DNA of 57,017 bases, counting the filler, from Catajapyx aquilonaris (Eukaryota): assembly GCA_000934665.2 (NCBI GenBank). It is 3 parts of 3 records of this genome, joined end to end, with 100 filler letters (N's around TTAATTAATTAA, not from the genome) between each part and the next. Parts side by side here need not be neighbours in the genome. Positions count along the whole stretch, not along the records: positions 1 to 18,945 come from JYFJ02006565.1; 2 more parts are not named here. One strand, written 5' to 3'. The position numbers and the translations under genes were made by a program. Every line of letters begins with the position of its first letter. The first letter of the stretch is position 1. The notes below the pieces were generated by a model. It was not told the DNA's origin and searched no databases. It saw nothing but the letters and a program-made list of their open reading frames with translations. Positions 1 to 14,860 of this stretch are shown here, one piece after another.

Positions 1-3000
1 TCTTCAGCCCTCACCACCAGCCTCCACCAGATTATTTCATTGAAGCTGCTCTCAGGATTCCTAGGAAAAAAGCGGTAAATATTACTCTAATTAACTTCAT
101 TGCCGTTGGTACTTGTACCTTGTCATGCATCATCTCAATAATTCCAGAGTGAGAAAATGAAAATCGTCCGCTTCGACAATGGAGAGTATGATGGGGAATC
201 CATATTGAAACCTAGTGAACCGAAGTGCTGGCATTCCTTGCAGACGACTTTAGCTCAAGGAAAGGCAACTGCAATGAAGGGAGCGTGAGTGTAATTAGTC
301 TTTATAGTCAATGTTAGTAACTTTCAAACATTCCACCATGATAGTTTTGGAGACCTGGTGTCCGCTACCTCCAATGTGGCACCTCGAAAACTGTCTAGAA
401 TGCTCGTCTATGGAAGTTCTCTCAGGCGGATCGAATGGAACACAGGAAGACGCTTCTGGCTGCCATCTTCGGCAGTCAAAACTTTTGCCAAACGGATTCT
501 CAGGCGAGTCTTTGTTCTTATTTGTATGCAAAAGTGTGTGCCTTTCGAGTTATGGATGAGTAGTAGTCAATGGTTCTTATCTTTTTACAGAAACCCATAT
601 TGGCCTATAGAAATCATTTACAAGAAAAAAGTCGAAGCTTTGCAGACTCCGGCAGAAAAGAAGAGGAAAGTGAAGCCCACTTCATTGTACATTTCGTGTT
701 TTCATGCAGTCGCCACCGTTGATCTTTCTCCGCTGTTGCGTCCAGGAGGTAATGACAAAGGCTGTTTTTCTCATACAATCCAGAGACAATTTTGCAAGAA
801 TTTATTTTGCTTTCACAACATAACCAGGGAGCATATACTACATAAGAGGCGCAGACATTCGATTTCCGTGTCTCTCTGTTTGGGGCGCTGCCAAGGCTGG
901 AGGCCATTTTGAAGTGTGGGCAACGCCAACGAGGTATAAATAGGGTACAGGCAAAAATAGGGTCCGCCATCTTTGATTCGCGCGTGTTCTTGCCGTGTAG
1001 TTGCCATGGCCGCCACAGCCATCAAAGATGGCGGACCCTATTTTTGCCTGTACCCTATTTATACATCGTTGGCGTTCCCCACACTTCAAAATGGCCGCCA
1101 GCCTTGGCAACGGCCCCAGACAGAGAGACGCGAACATCAAAAAAGTTTGCGCCTCTTGTAGTATATATATGCTCCCTGGCATAACTTACTTGATGTAAAG
1201 CATCAGGTTAAAATGTTTGGAACTGACAATCAATTTCTTTGTTATTACAGTGCAAAAAATGTTTGGTGTGTTCAGGGCCAATAGACTAAACCGAAAGCAG
1301 TGGTTAAAAAGATTTCCTGGTCACCATTCCGCCTACCCTTTCGCCTATAAGGTGAGTACACGATATTTTCTTGGAAAACTCACAATATTGTTCATGGTCA
1401 TGTTTATTATTTTTATGTTAGCCACCAGTAGAATATCAAGAATTTTCTGAAGAATCATCACCCGAACATCTTAGTGAATCAAAATCAAAAAAGACTCAAT
1501 CTCAATCAGTAAAGTCACCTGAAACTCCTCCCCTACCAGGCAAGCCGCCGATATTTCCAGGATACCTGGCGTTAAAGGGTCGCATGATCAGACCTCAAGA
1601 TGAGGATGAGAATATGGTGACCTTTGAGGAGCCTGATGATAAAAAAGGCAAAGGTAAAAAGAAAAAGGGGAAAGGGAAGGGGAAAGGGAAGCTCAAGGGA
1701 AAGAAAGGATCAGACAAGAAACACAAGCAGAAGAAGAAAAAAGAAAAAGATGGAGGAAAAGATAAACTAGCACGCAAAGATGGACAAAAAAGCCAAGAAA
1801 AATTAGATCGATCTAAGAAAAAAGAAAAAGACAAGAAGCAAAAACACAGTAAAAGCAAGAAGCACAGAAAGAAGGACAAAAAACACAAAAAGGGGAAGAA
1901 GAAACACCATAGGTCCAAGAAGCACAAGAAAAGGAAAGACAAATCCAAAAAGAAGAAAAAGGACAAGAAAAAGAAACATAAGGACAAATCCAAGAAGAAA
2001 TCTAAAGATAAGAGCAAGAAGCATAAGTCCAAAGAGAGAAGTAAGAGCAAAGAGAGAGACAAGGATAAATCCATTGAGAAACATCGAGACAAGAGTTACA
2101 AAAGCAAAGACAAACACAAGCATAAGGACAAGCACAAGCACAAGGGGAAACACAGTGTCAAGGGTAAGCACAAAGGTAAAGGGAAGCATAAGAAGGGTTC
2201 AAAGAAGTCAGGAAGGAAGGGAAAAGGAAAGTCAACAAAGAAAGGAAAGAAGGACAAGATCAAGCAAAAGAAGAAGCTGACACGGAAACAGAAAAGGAGA
2301 GTGAAAGTATTGCGCAAATATGTCAAGATCGTGTGCAAACTTAGGGTGGGTGAACCCAGAAGACGACCAATGAAACTCAAGATGAGGAATTACCCTGTGC
2401 TAAGTGTGCAGTTTCACCTACGGACACCACTTTTGCAAAAGAAGGATTTCAAGAAATTTGACAAAAGGTTTGCAGTATGTTTCTCTATCCAAGTTGACGA
2501 TCCAAAGTGAGGAATTATAACGTGATGCATCTATTTTTTTAGGATAGCCCGATGTTGTATTTCCCATAGAAAAAAGCTTCCAAAAATACTTGGCGGAGTT
2601 GACAATGCAAAGAAAGAACTGACAAAAAGCATGCTTGACATTGTTGACGTACTTCGACAGGTAAGACATCCAATTAATTTTTAAGATCAAACAATTCAAC
2701 AATGTTATTTTTCAGGAGTATAATACTCAAAATAAAACAGAAGAATCAACAAGAGTGTCCAACTGGGAAGATTTAGTTTCTGACCCACAGCACATAAAAT
2801 CAATAGATTTTATGCACTCCCTACGTAACTCGAAAGTTTACTATCCTTTCATGGCAACCTTAAGACGAGCTATTCTGAATGTTCTACGGGAAGAACCAGC
2901 TCTTAAACTGGAGGTTTTAAATATAGAGAGCCAGGTATTTTCAGACAGACTGAAAAAAATGTTGATTAGCGTTTTGTTGCTAGGTTGATTAATCATGAAA

Positions 3001-5582
3001 TGATCTCTCTTTGTAGGAAGATTTATATCCTTTGCTCATTTACCTTGAGGATCACCTCCGCAAGACTTTATCTAGTTGTATTCCAAATGTAGATACAGCA
3101 TTGCCTGGAATTATGAAGAATTCTTCCCACTCAGTTCTCTTAACTGCAAAAGAATGGGAAATGGAGGGCAATGCAGATGAAGCCAGGGATATATACTTGA
3201 AGGTGAGGCTCATTATTCCTCAGCAAAACCTACATTATATACACATCATAGAGATGTATATAGGAATAAAGTGTGTATACTCTTACATAAATTAGCGAAA
3301 AAACGCCAAATGCTTTTTAAAATATTGCCACTTGCATCAAAAATAATAATTGTATAGCGATCATTTTCTAGTGGATAAATGTATCAAAATCGTGATTTTT
3401 ATCTTGCAGAGACTTGTGAGCAATCCCACAGACCCTGAACTATGGATGGATTACGCCATATTTCAATTAGGAAATGACGAGGATGCTGCTGACGAATCGA
3501 TCCAAAGACTTCTGAAGTTGTCTAAAACCCACAAATACGGGTAAAAATCATATTTAAACTGTAACGCTTATACTGTGGTTTAATTGCACTCCACACATAC
3601 ATGCACACTCTTTAAAAATAATTCGTGCTTGTGATTATGAAAGTTAGATTGAGTTACTTGATAGACTATTACAAACACAAAAAAATGGCAGTGTATAGTT
3701 TCGGACGCAAAAAACGGCATAAAAACTGACCATATTGAGAATATGTATAAGTGAGTTTCTTTGAATCATTGCGAAATACCCAGTGGTACGATAGAGCCAA
3801 TTTCAGTACTCAAAGTAGCAGCTAATTATATCGAAAAGCTAATTTAAAGTGTTTTGAAAACATACACAATCCTCCCCTTTGAAATAACGAGAGAACCTGC
3901 CTAGAATCATTCATGAAAATCTGACAAATGAATCTGGACCCCCAGTTAGAAAATGAACAATTACGATAAAAGCATGGAGGAAGTTCCGCGTCCCCAATAC
4001 CGACGAAGCAATCACTTTCATGTTGTCTTTTATTATTTTGAAGCATTCTTGCAGTGTTTTTGAAACTGGGGCACACTCTAACTGATTAAAATGCAGCATG
4101 GTTGGAGCCAATGTGATATATTGTTGCACCCTGAATATCTATGAAATGTGTTTACTTTTCAGGCTGCTGATGCATGCAGTCATTCGCAGCAAACTTGGCG
4201 ACATGGACAGAGCCTACAATACTTTTATGAGACTATCGAGGTTATTTCCCGATAGCACCGTAGTACATGCCATCATGACGGTGCATTTACAAGTCAATGG
4301 TTATCCTGAGAAGGCCAGACAGGCTTATCGTAGAGGTTAGCATATACTACGACATTAACAAGTGATTTTTGCATAAAAACTGCTTATTTTCTTTTTCAGC
4401 ATGTATAAACTGGGAAAAGTCGAAGGCTTGGTCAAGCGAGATAAGACAGCTGCCTCCTTGTCTGCTAATTAACTGGGATATATCACACACCAAGTCAATG
4501 TTTCTGCTTGCAGCATATACTCTGCTCAGATTGAGGCTTTTCGATGTAAGTGCAAAAAAAATGTTAATAATTTGATATTAATTAGTGAGTCATTTCAAAT
4601 ATATTCATACTTTTAAACAGCTTGCAATGCTGGCTTTGGATCTGGAAATTGACAACAGTACTGGAACAAACCAAAAAGACTATTTAATGCTTGAAGGTGC
4701 ATTGCATTACTCTGGTCGTTGGTATGATAAGGCTATTACCTATCTCGAGGAAGCTGCAAATATTGACCCCAAGGTATGCTGCTTTTAAGTTTCAAAAAAA
4801 TTACTAATTAGGAAAAAAAAATTGCATGCTAAATTTTCAGGATCAAGATATATGGACACTGATGGGTCACTGTTACTATCAGAAGTTTGACAAAGAGGCA
4901 GCCATAGAAATGTACGAAAAGGTACCACAACTAGGACATGTGGCACCGAAAAAATCTCACTTATATTATCTACGGTAAGTTTGGTTATTTTGATAACTAG
5001 CCTCCCTGTAGTATACATGACATAGCCATTTTTTTTGTTCTAGACTGGGAAATATATATATGCACACTGGTCGTTACGCAGACGCAGCCACAACTTTTGA
5101 TATGGCTTGCAATAATGAAAAATGTAGCTCCAAATCATGGTTGGGGTTAGGTGCAGCCTATTACAAGGTATTACAACTAATAATGAGTTACGCTAACACT
5201 TACTAAAACACAATCTATTGGTAGCTGGGAGAAATTTACAAAGCAGAAGCGACCTTATACCATGCCTGCTCCTTGGATGAGAAAAATCCCTTTATCTACG
5301 CCTACATCTCCCTGGTGCACAGAGCTCAGGACAAGAAAATGGAAGCTGAGAAGTTCTCCCGCCTGGCTCGAAGGGTAATTTTGTTAATTACAGCATCTTC
5401 TTTTTTGTCACGTAATATTGTGCATTTTGTTTTTACAGTGCAAGGTTGTTGATATGAGCATTGAAGCGGATTTGAATAGCATGTTCATCCGGCCCAATGA
5501 GGATACCAAGACAGCTGAGTCTGCAATTTCCAAGCCTCAGAACGAAGATACTGTACCTCGGTTCAACGTCTTTACACCTTAG
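1..5582 (+). CDS. CFAP70: Cilia- and flagella-associated protein 70 (TTC18)-like TPR protein, 5'-truncated, 17 exons in window
   Basis: Phase-consistent exons: <1-74, 148-284, 345-503, 591-748, 1251-1351, 1422-2467, 2543-2660, 2716-2934, 3017-3202, 3410-3540, 4163-4335, 4400-4545, 4621-4773, 4841-4974, 5044-5167, 5225-5374, 5439-5582 (TAG). Spliced peptides EWNTGRRFWLPSSAVKTFAKRI-RNPYWPIEI, FHAVATVDLSPLLRPGVQKMFGVF, VYYPFMATLRRAILNVLRE and RLVSNPTDPELWMDYAIF, plus C-terminal TPRs (SWLGLGAAYYKLGEIYKAE), follow the order of CFAP70 motifs as I recall them. Confidence 0.85.
825..1178 (+). mobile_element. Fold-back MITE family 1, copy 1 (CFAP70 intron)
   Basis: Termini CAGGGAGCATAT...ATATGCTCCCTG; long internal inverted arms around a short spacer; flanks ACATAAC / GCATAAC (6/7 match, 7-bp TSD). 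Three more copies in the window. Confidence 0.9.
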
Positions 5583-6599
5583 TATATTGGTGATGTGCAC
5601 TTTACATTTTGCGCAATTAAAAACTCTTACGAGTATGAGGCAATATTTTTATAATGAGACGTCACTTCCGGAGAGGAGGTCTTTGGTTGCTGTCGATGGG
5701 GCAAAGGTCATAGTTACGTGTAAGTAATAAGTATTCCAGTATTATTGTAAATTTATTAGTTGTCAATTACAAAATAATTTGATTTACCATGTAGGTATTT
5801 ATTACCTACTTGCAATGTGTGTATCGACTACTGTACATTGCACCAAGCATAATTATCTGGGATGTCCATAGATAAATTAATATATTTTAGCACAACATTT
5901 ATGAATAATACTGCCGTGTCTGTTTTATACGTATAAAATTTGGCACATAACTTTGACGGAATGCTGATTATAAATAATTTTCCAAATAACATCCCATAAT
6001 CTCGAGATTATTTGAGGTAAATTTTTCGACCTTCGAGATAAAACTAATTACAGAAATAAAATTCTGCGTGCAGTGAGAGTAATTCGTAACGTGGAATCTA
6101 AAATCAATAATATAAATTCTTTATATTAGATAATATTTTAAACTCTTTTTTTTCTTATTGAAACAAGTTGATTGCATAATAATACATTCTGATTATGCAG
6201 TGTATGTGCAACAGGCAAACAGAGTATATACTTTAAAATTATTATTTGTTTGTTAGTACACACAAATAAGTCCTATAATGTACACAAAGCATTATTATAC
6301 ACTAATGCAGGTTATATGATAACAAATGGAATAGATAACTATGATTATTTTGGACTATTGTACCAACTTGATTGTGTGCCTATACTCATACATTAGGCTA
6401 TACCCTGTACAAAGTTACACATTTTGCTATCTATTAATAGCTGGGACGGTGCAAATAATTACTTCTATTATTGGTTTACAATATACCGTTTTCATATTGC
6501 ACACATGGATCTTGGTCATGTATACTGTGCTTCTACTCAAAAGCGGACGATAAAAATACAGCAGATATTTTGTTAGAACAACGGTGCATAATCATCATT

Positions 6600-8422
<1,823 letters not shown>

Positions 8423-11400
8423 CTATAAAATGAACACAAGATTAATTCAAGCGAGACGTTAGCTGCAGCTTATAGGATATATCTTACGGAGAGAGATTAA
8501 ATAGGATAATGGAAGAAGAGGTGGAAAGTTTTGGAAATAGGAGAGGAATAATTTTAGAGGATTAGTGGGTGGTTTATGATTTGCATATGAAATGCTTACA
8601 GCGAATATATTATTATTGTATGTAATATGCAATATTATGCATATGCATATGTATATTGCAATATTCTAATGAAAACAAAATGAGACAACATGAAAATTGT
8701 GACGCTCCATAGTTGATATTTATAACTAATATTTATGCCTTGGTTGACATTTGACCTACGACGAAGTTGACTTCTGAAAGAGCTTTCGCACATGCTTGGC
8801 ATATAATCCTGAGGAGAATATTAACGAAGAAATTCTGATGGATGTCCACTAACTGGAAGATCCGGGATATAACATGAGACGTGACTTATATGAAAGATCA
8901 GTCGCATTTCCTGGTGCGTCTTATTGCCTATAACTGGCAGTCAAGTCTACTGCTACAGTCACCTCAGATCTGATTTACTGTCTTAAAATAACTTGTTGAT
9001 TACTAAGGTGCTAGGATTGTTTTAAAATGCGCCATTAATTTGGTCGCACCTGGTGCCAACACCAGCTAATTATCCGCATCAAAAAGGTGGGAGGCCCGTA
9101 AATCGCGGTTTCATTAATATTCCGAAGCTATATATAGATGACATTTTCTTATGAACCCTAATGGTCTCTTTTGGGTCTCCTTTGATGGAACGCCTCGGTG
9201 AAAAATGAACCCAGTTTGTTTCTGACAGTTGAAGCATTCCATTGAGAATACGTCAACGTCGTGTGGTATTCCCAAGAAAGTAACCACCGATCGATGGAAA
9301 TTCTCTTATATGAATGGTGCTGTAAGGAATTAGCTAAATTAGCACTTCTGTCTTCCATCTCTTTGTGCTGTAGTCGCAAAGTACGCAGATATCCGGAAAA
9401 TTAAAATGTGAGAAAATTACTTTCATTTCTCATGGAAATTGATGCTATCATTAACTTTACAATATATAGGACAGTCGTAATTTCGTAGTTAAAAATTACC
9501 ATGCATATCTCATGTTACGGAAATAATTTTTTGGCTACTGAGTTCGGCCATGTTATAACAATAGCTACTTCAATCTTGATATCGTCGGAAAGCAACGTGT
9601 ACTATATACTATCTTATCAGAGGTAGACGGGCATCTTAATATCAATAAAACTGTATTACGTAGAATGTACTATAACTATACAGTAGAATGCACGTAGTAA
9701 AAGTTATGATCACTTTGTGCAATGAACTACTCCCTGTAATGTAATCATTTAACCTGAATTTTCATTGCCGACTAGTCCTGCAGAGTTTATAATTCATATT
9801 AGCTCCTAGCTGGCTGCATCATAAAAACTACGTTTCATCATTAAAGAACCTTGAATTCGCATGAATTTGGCCTTTTACATCAGAATAACACCGGAGAGGT
9901 CTATAACAACCTGTAAACTGCGATATAAGGACTATTACATTGCGACCTTGAAGTGAACTTGTATAAAGCATTGGTCCCAAGAAAATATTCTAACGGTACT
10001 GTTACATGCTCCTCCGTTATTTAAAAAAAATAAAGATTATAATTCCACCATATTTTTGACAGCAGATATTTCAATAACATATGGGTAAACAATGAATTTT
10101 ATAATTATATGCTTAGTTCCTCTGCACTAAAGTAACACTAGACACTATAATTTTTATTTGAGCCCTTGGGATTTGCGTTGTGTCCACCCTTATTAGATCT
10201 GAGCATTACCACTCTAAAAATAGAAGTAGCCCGTACTGCGTCATATGCTATAATAGGCTATTCCGTCAAATCAGCATCAAAAGAGTCCTTCTATATTTTC
10301 CAACCAACAGCTTTAACTCAAGCTGTACACCAAACGCTGAGGAAGCTAATCCAATTGCAAATCCAACATCATCAGAATCAACCTTTCATGAAAGTTACAC
10401 CGCGCACCTACATACGTCCGCACTCTGCAAATATTAGAGGACTGCAGGCCAAGGTTTATGAAGAAATGTCATCTACTGCATTTCATTATAAACGAAGCGC
10501 GCTTAAATCGAGCGCCATTAATAATTTGGTTGCTACATGTGACATTTATGGAGAGAGCTTCTTGAAAATAATAAGGCTCATCCTATTCTTTTCCTCCATC
10601 CGTTTTGTTCCGAGAAGCTAGACATGGGCAGTGAGTTACTAAAACAATTCAATTAGGCTAGAGTCGACAGTAATCCTAAATAAATTACTATGTTGCTTAC
10701 AAGTGGGACCCACACTGGTTGAGTGTTTTGCTTGATGGAACTGAAGTGAGCTTGTGATGAACCCCAGCAACGAAGAACAAAACTGCCGGAAAGCGTGGGG
10801 GCTAATATAAATGGCACTCAAGCAGGACCAACCTGATTATAGGAACACGGGCCAAGTACCAGTAGTAATTGCACAGCCAGAGGTGACTTAGGACGTGATT
10901 GTGGGAGCAGCTTCATATTTTTATACGAGGGCAATTGCAATTTCCTATATAAGTCAGGTACGGCGCAGTACAAAAATACAGGATGGTGCACTTCCCAAGT
11001 CTCAGGATTAAAGTATTAGTGGATTGTTTAGCCCAGCACAGAACGTGAACAAACATAATTATTTAAAAATTCCTGCTGATCTGCGCATTAACGTCTTTTT
11101 TAAAAAGCAAACATGAGAGAAAAAAAAGTTTTTGACACCTACACTTTAGGCCAATCCATAATTTCCGGGTTGAATGTTGGAAATGGTTTCGAAGCCTATA
11201 GCAAAGGTACTTGAGTTGATGGAGTAATGCCTGGGTTTATGGCCCACGCAGAAAAGGTCATGGACGATGTCCCCTATTTTTCAGCGAAGGGATTTGGTGG
11301 ACTGACGGACACAGAGTTTAAGAATATATGATACTTCTACATTTTCTGTCTTCCTGTAAGTTTTACAGTATGCATATGCGTGTATACATCACATTTCATC

Positions 11401-14400
11401 CTTAAAGTTCAAACTTTCACTGTTTTTCAAAGATGTATTGAACATTTAGTGCAACTTTAGTCGAGACAGTGATGTTTGTAGGCCTACGTGTCTGCAATTT
11501 GAGACGCAGTAGAATGCGAGTATAATTAATAATATATTCTTCATTACACAAACTTTCCCAAACTTTGTGGACTTCCAGTTACTTCTCATTAATATTGCAG
11601 ACATTAGCCTTCTGGCGGCGTACTGCATAGCTATTTGCTTTCGCTTGTAAGAGCATAGCAAATTATGGTGCCACCAAAGTAACATCAGTTCATCTTTGTT
11701 CTTTTGCTCGACGACAATGATGCTTTTATACTTGTCTTGCGTAATATAATTATCTTTATCGTATTCAGATTACCGTGTGTAATATCCCATTACACCACAA
11801 ACGTTATTGAAGGAGCTACAAGTGCCGTACCTGTCAAAGTGATTTATACATTTGACTGCATTTGTCAACAGTGACGTTGAAACACATTCTAATCAAACTC
11901 ATTGATTTTCATAATGGACATAATGTAACTCGTCTGTTTCAATTATCTTTGCGACTACAGAAGCACTATTTACTGACATGAGTAGGGCGATAGAGAAAGT
12001 TACTTTTCAACATGAAACGAGTTAATTGGAAAACCGAATCGCATCTGTAATTTATAATATGATTAGGCCTATATACCAAGTACGAGGTAATAGAGCTGTC
12101 GCAGGCGTTGTAATGCATATTCAGCACTGTGTTGACACATGAATTCATTACCACATTGTTTTCGTCTCAGGCCCTGACTCTAAAACGGGACAACGATCAG
12201 TAATCTCGGCTTCATGTCCGAATAGAATTATGGTCGTGTAATCTGGATCACAGGCAAGTGGAGACGAAGTAAATAAGAAACCATTTTCAATTGCTTGGGA
12301 CACATTTCTCTTCGAAATCAATAATTTATTCCTCTGTTTAAATTCTGTATGTCGATTCTTATGTTATGAAAACAACCTTTGAAAGGTCAGTCTATTTTTT
12401 TTCATTCTTGAAATAGATAGGTAGTCGCCCTAGGACATATGAGCAGGTTTTGGATCAGGAACTGGAGAGCAATGGTAACAAGAGAAGGGTGAGATTCGAT
12501 GGGGATGGAGGAGCAATATTGCGCAAATTCAAGAGCTGCTTCAAACTGCAGTAGTAAATCTCTGAAGTCAAAACCGGGTATCGAAACCAAGAACAACTTG
12601 ACCTCAATAAATCCTATCTACAAGAGCAAACGAAACACCCGCGCTCGCAGTATCCTCCTATAATGTACGTTCACATTCCCGTCTGTTTCGTCAAAAAATT
12701 GGCAAAATTTAAAAACATTGCAATTTACCTGCTTTGTCAGTTTTATAATATACAGTACACGTGGCTATAATGAGGACTGCATTGCAGATACAACCCAAAA
12801 TGTAGATAGTGGACCGACTTTTGTCATGCAGTATTTAAATTCCAAGTTAAATTCCATTTCCATGCAATTTACATTTATTTTTGAGATCATCCGGCAGATA
12901 TCAAATAGAAATGTGTGACCCAAATTAATAACCGTCTACCGCGATATGCTTCACTGAATGGTATTTTGCAGATCTAATAATAGAGAACGACGCAAAAGGC
13001 GCGCACTTCCTGTCGGATTCAGGCTCCTTTATAATTTAAAAGACAATGACCGCATTGATTTTGGCTATATTTACTTAATTATGGGAGTGTAATGACTCGT
13101 CCTATATGCGATTAATACTTATCCTGCGCACCCTGTAACCCATGCGGCAGTAATGTTTGGCGGGTCACCTAAAGCGCAGGATGACATATTATCCTCACAC
13201 ACGGACATAAACTACGGTAATTTTTTTTAAAATTAAGGAGTAACAAACTTGTAGATATCCCTATATCAAGCATCATACTAATTATGTAGTGCATTACTGC
13301 AAAAAAATTATACCAAGAAATGCCTTCAAAAAATAACAATCGTAGCTTGCGTGCTACGTCATATTTTGCAGAGACAATGCAGTTGCGCATACCTGTTTCT
13401 ATACTTCCCAACACTAAACTTGCACGAAGCAAACTCGTTGGTGGAAAAAAAATCAAAGAAAACAAAAAACAAAGCAGCTCCTGGCAGTGTCTAATGAGCA
13501 TGAAAAGTTTAACAGGTATATTTTCACTGCAGGCCCTACTTCACTAGTTAACTAAGATTTTGATGAGGAGCCAGTCATGTTCAAAGGCTGTTTTCGTTTC
13601 ACTGACGCGAGATTTCTTGTGCAAGGCTATACACATAGCTCGTCTCTCGCTGGCTTGGGGAAAACGTCGCTTGACATTAATGAGGTGTAATATTACGAAG
13701 GATGTGCGCCTTACACATAATGCACTATTGGTGTAGGATGTCGCTCACAATTATAGGATCAAGTTTTGATGCAAAATATGCGTGTTTTACAAACATTAAG
13801 CCCACAAAGGATCGTAATTAGGTAATTTACGCTGTACAATATTGAGAGCAGTTTATTATGAAAAGGGCAAGTCCTATATATTGTTAAATCACATGGAGGA
13901 TTTTGAAGGGGGGGGGGGGAATGAGGCACACATNATATGTATAGGTGCCACTTGATCACAAATTTTCATAGTATACCCTATAGGTAGTGAATGAACCCTT
14001 TGTCTTAATTTCGCCCTTGAATTTGCTTGAGGTTGCTACAGTAGGCGCCTATTCATTACCGAAGTTTTTAAAGAAAAACAGCCTTTCCATTTTGCAAAGT
14101 GCTTAAGAACTCGAGAATGAAGCTGAAATTAATCCGAGGTGAAAAAAGTTGAACACTTACTCTTGAAATGGGGGAGGGGGAGGGGGGGCATTAAATGCAT
14201 CTCGTGAAATTTTCCCATTTCTGTATACTGCTTCCTTCAGGCAAATGAGAAAAACCTCTTAATGAAACCCCCCACTACTTTTGGGACTGCCAGGTTACAA
14301 ATGCCATGCAATATTTACACCCTCTCAAGCCTCAAGACGTCTAATTAACCCGGAAATTTAAAATGAAATTTCCCTAGACTCATTATGACGTGGGATACAC

Positions 14401-14752
14401 TTTGAATGTCACTGTAAATATAAAATTCAAGTTCATTCACCTGAGATGGTCGTATGCTCTGAGGAGTGGTCTTTGTGGACGACCTTGTCTGGAAAGAATC
14501 GCATCTTGGGTCACACAGGATGTTCCTAAGGGTGCTGCCCTCTATCTTCTCAGCTTGATTAGTTGTCTCTCGCTCGAGACCGATGTGCCCTTGTCAGTTG
14601 CTCCAATTAGACCTAGTTAACGCGAAGGAAAATTAGATTATTTTGGTGGCCCTGGAAAACGTGCAGGAAATACATCTGAGAAAATGACAAACCTGCAAAA
14701 TACAGGTCTGCTCATTCTTTGAATAGGTCGTATCCTTGGCATAAAAGGTAGT

Positions 14753-14860
14753 GTGTGATAAGGTCGAGTTTTGTTAGTCCCTCTCCATTTAACTAGTTTG
14801 GCCAAGTTTGGCCATCTTCATTAGTCTGAGTGGGTCTAAGAAAACTTGACCTTATGCACA
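14753..14860. repeat. Degenerate short inverted-repeat element (MITE relic)
   Basis: GTGTGATAAGGTCGAGTTTTGTTAGTCCCTCTC pairs imperfectly with GAGTGGGTCTAAGAAAACTTGACCTTATGCACA. Confidence 0.6.

Noticed and set aside
614..1198. Recurrent small ORFs (MADPIFACTLFIPRW, IKDGGPYFCLYPIY), also near 19.1, 27.5 and 30.4 kb
   Set aside because: Chance translations of the palindromic MITE; they appear on both strands and are broken differently in each copy.
1595..2380. Hydrophobic Phe/Leu-rich minus-strand ORFs that look like membrane proteins
   Set aside because: Antisense shadow of the Lys-rich CFAP70 exon.
1584..2510. 308-aa ORF as a stand-alone protamine/histone H1-like gene
   Set aside because: The frame is open back to an acceptor at 1422 and splices in phase to CFAP70 exons on both sides.
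9158..9379. 73-aa minus-strand ORF as the first Syt15 exon
   Set aside because: No convincing in-phase donor to the TM exon was found, so it was left unassigned.
10166..11330. 151-aa ORF and downstream coding-looking fragments (possible viral or TE relic)
   Set aside because: No recognisable motif and multiple stops; needs a tblastx search.
12410..12555. Purine-rich peptide GSRPRTYEQVLDQELESNGNKRRVRFDGDGG
   Set aside because: Short, with no start or partner exon and no family match.
14500..14580. QDVPKGAALYLLSL resembling the LINE RT motif GVPQGS.LSP.LF
   Set aside because: One degenerate motif with no flanking YADD or other RT blocks.
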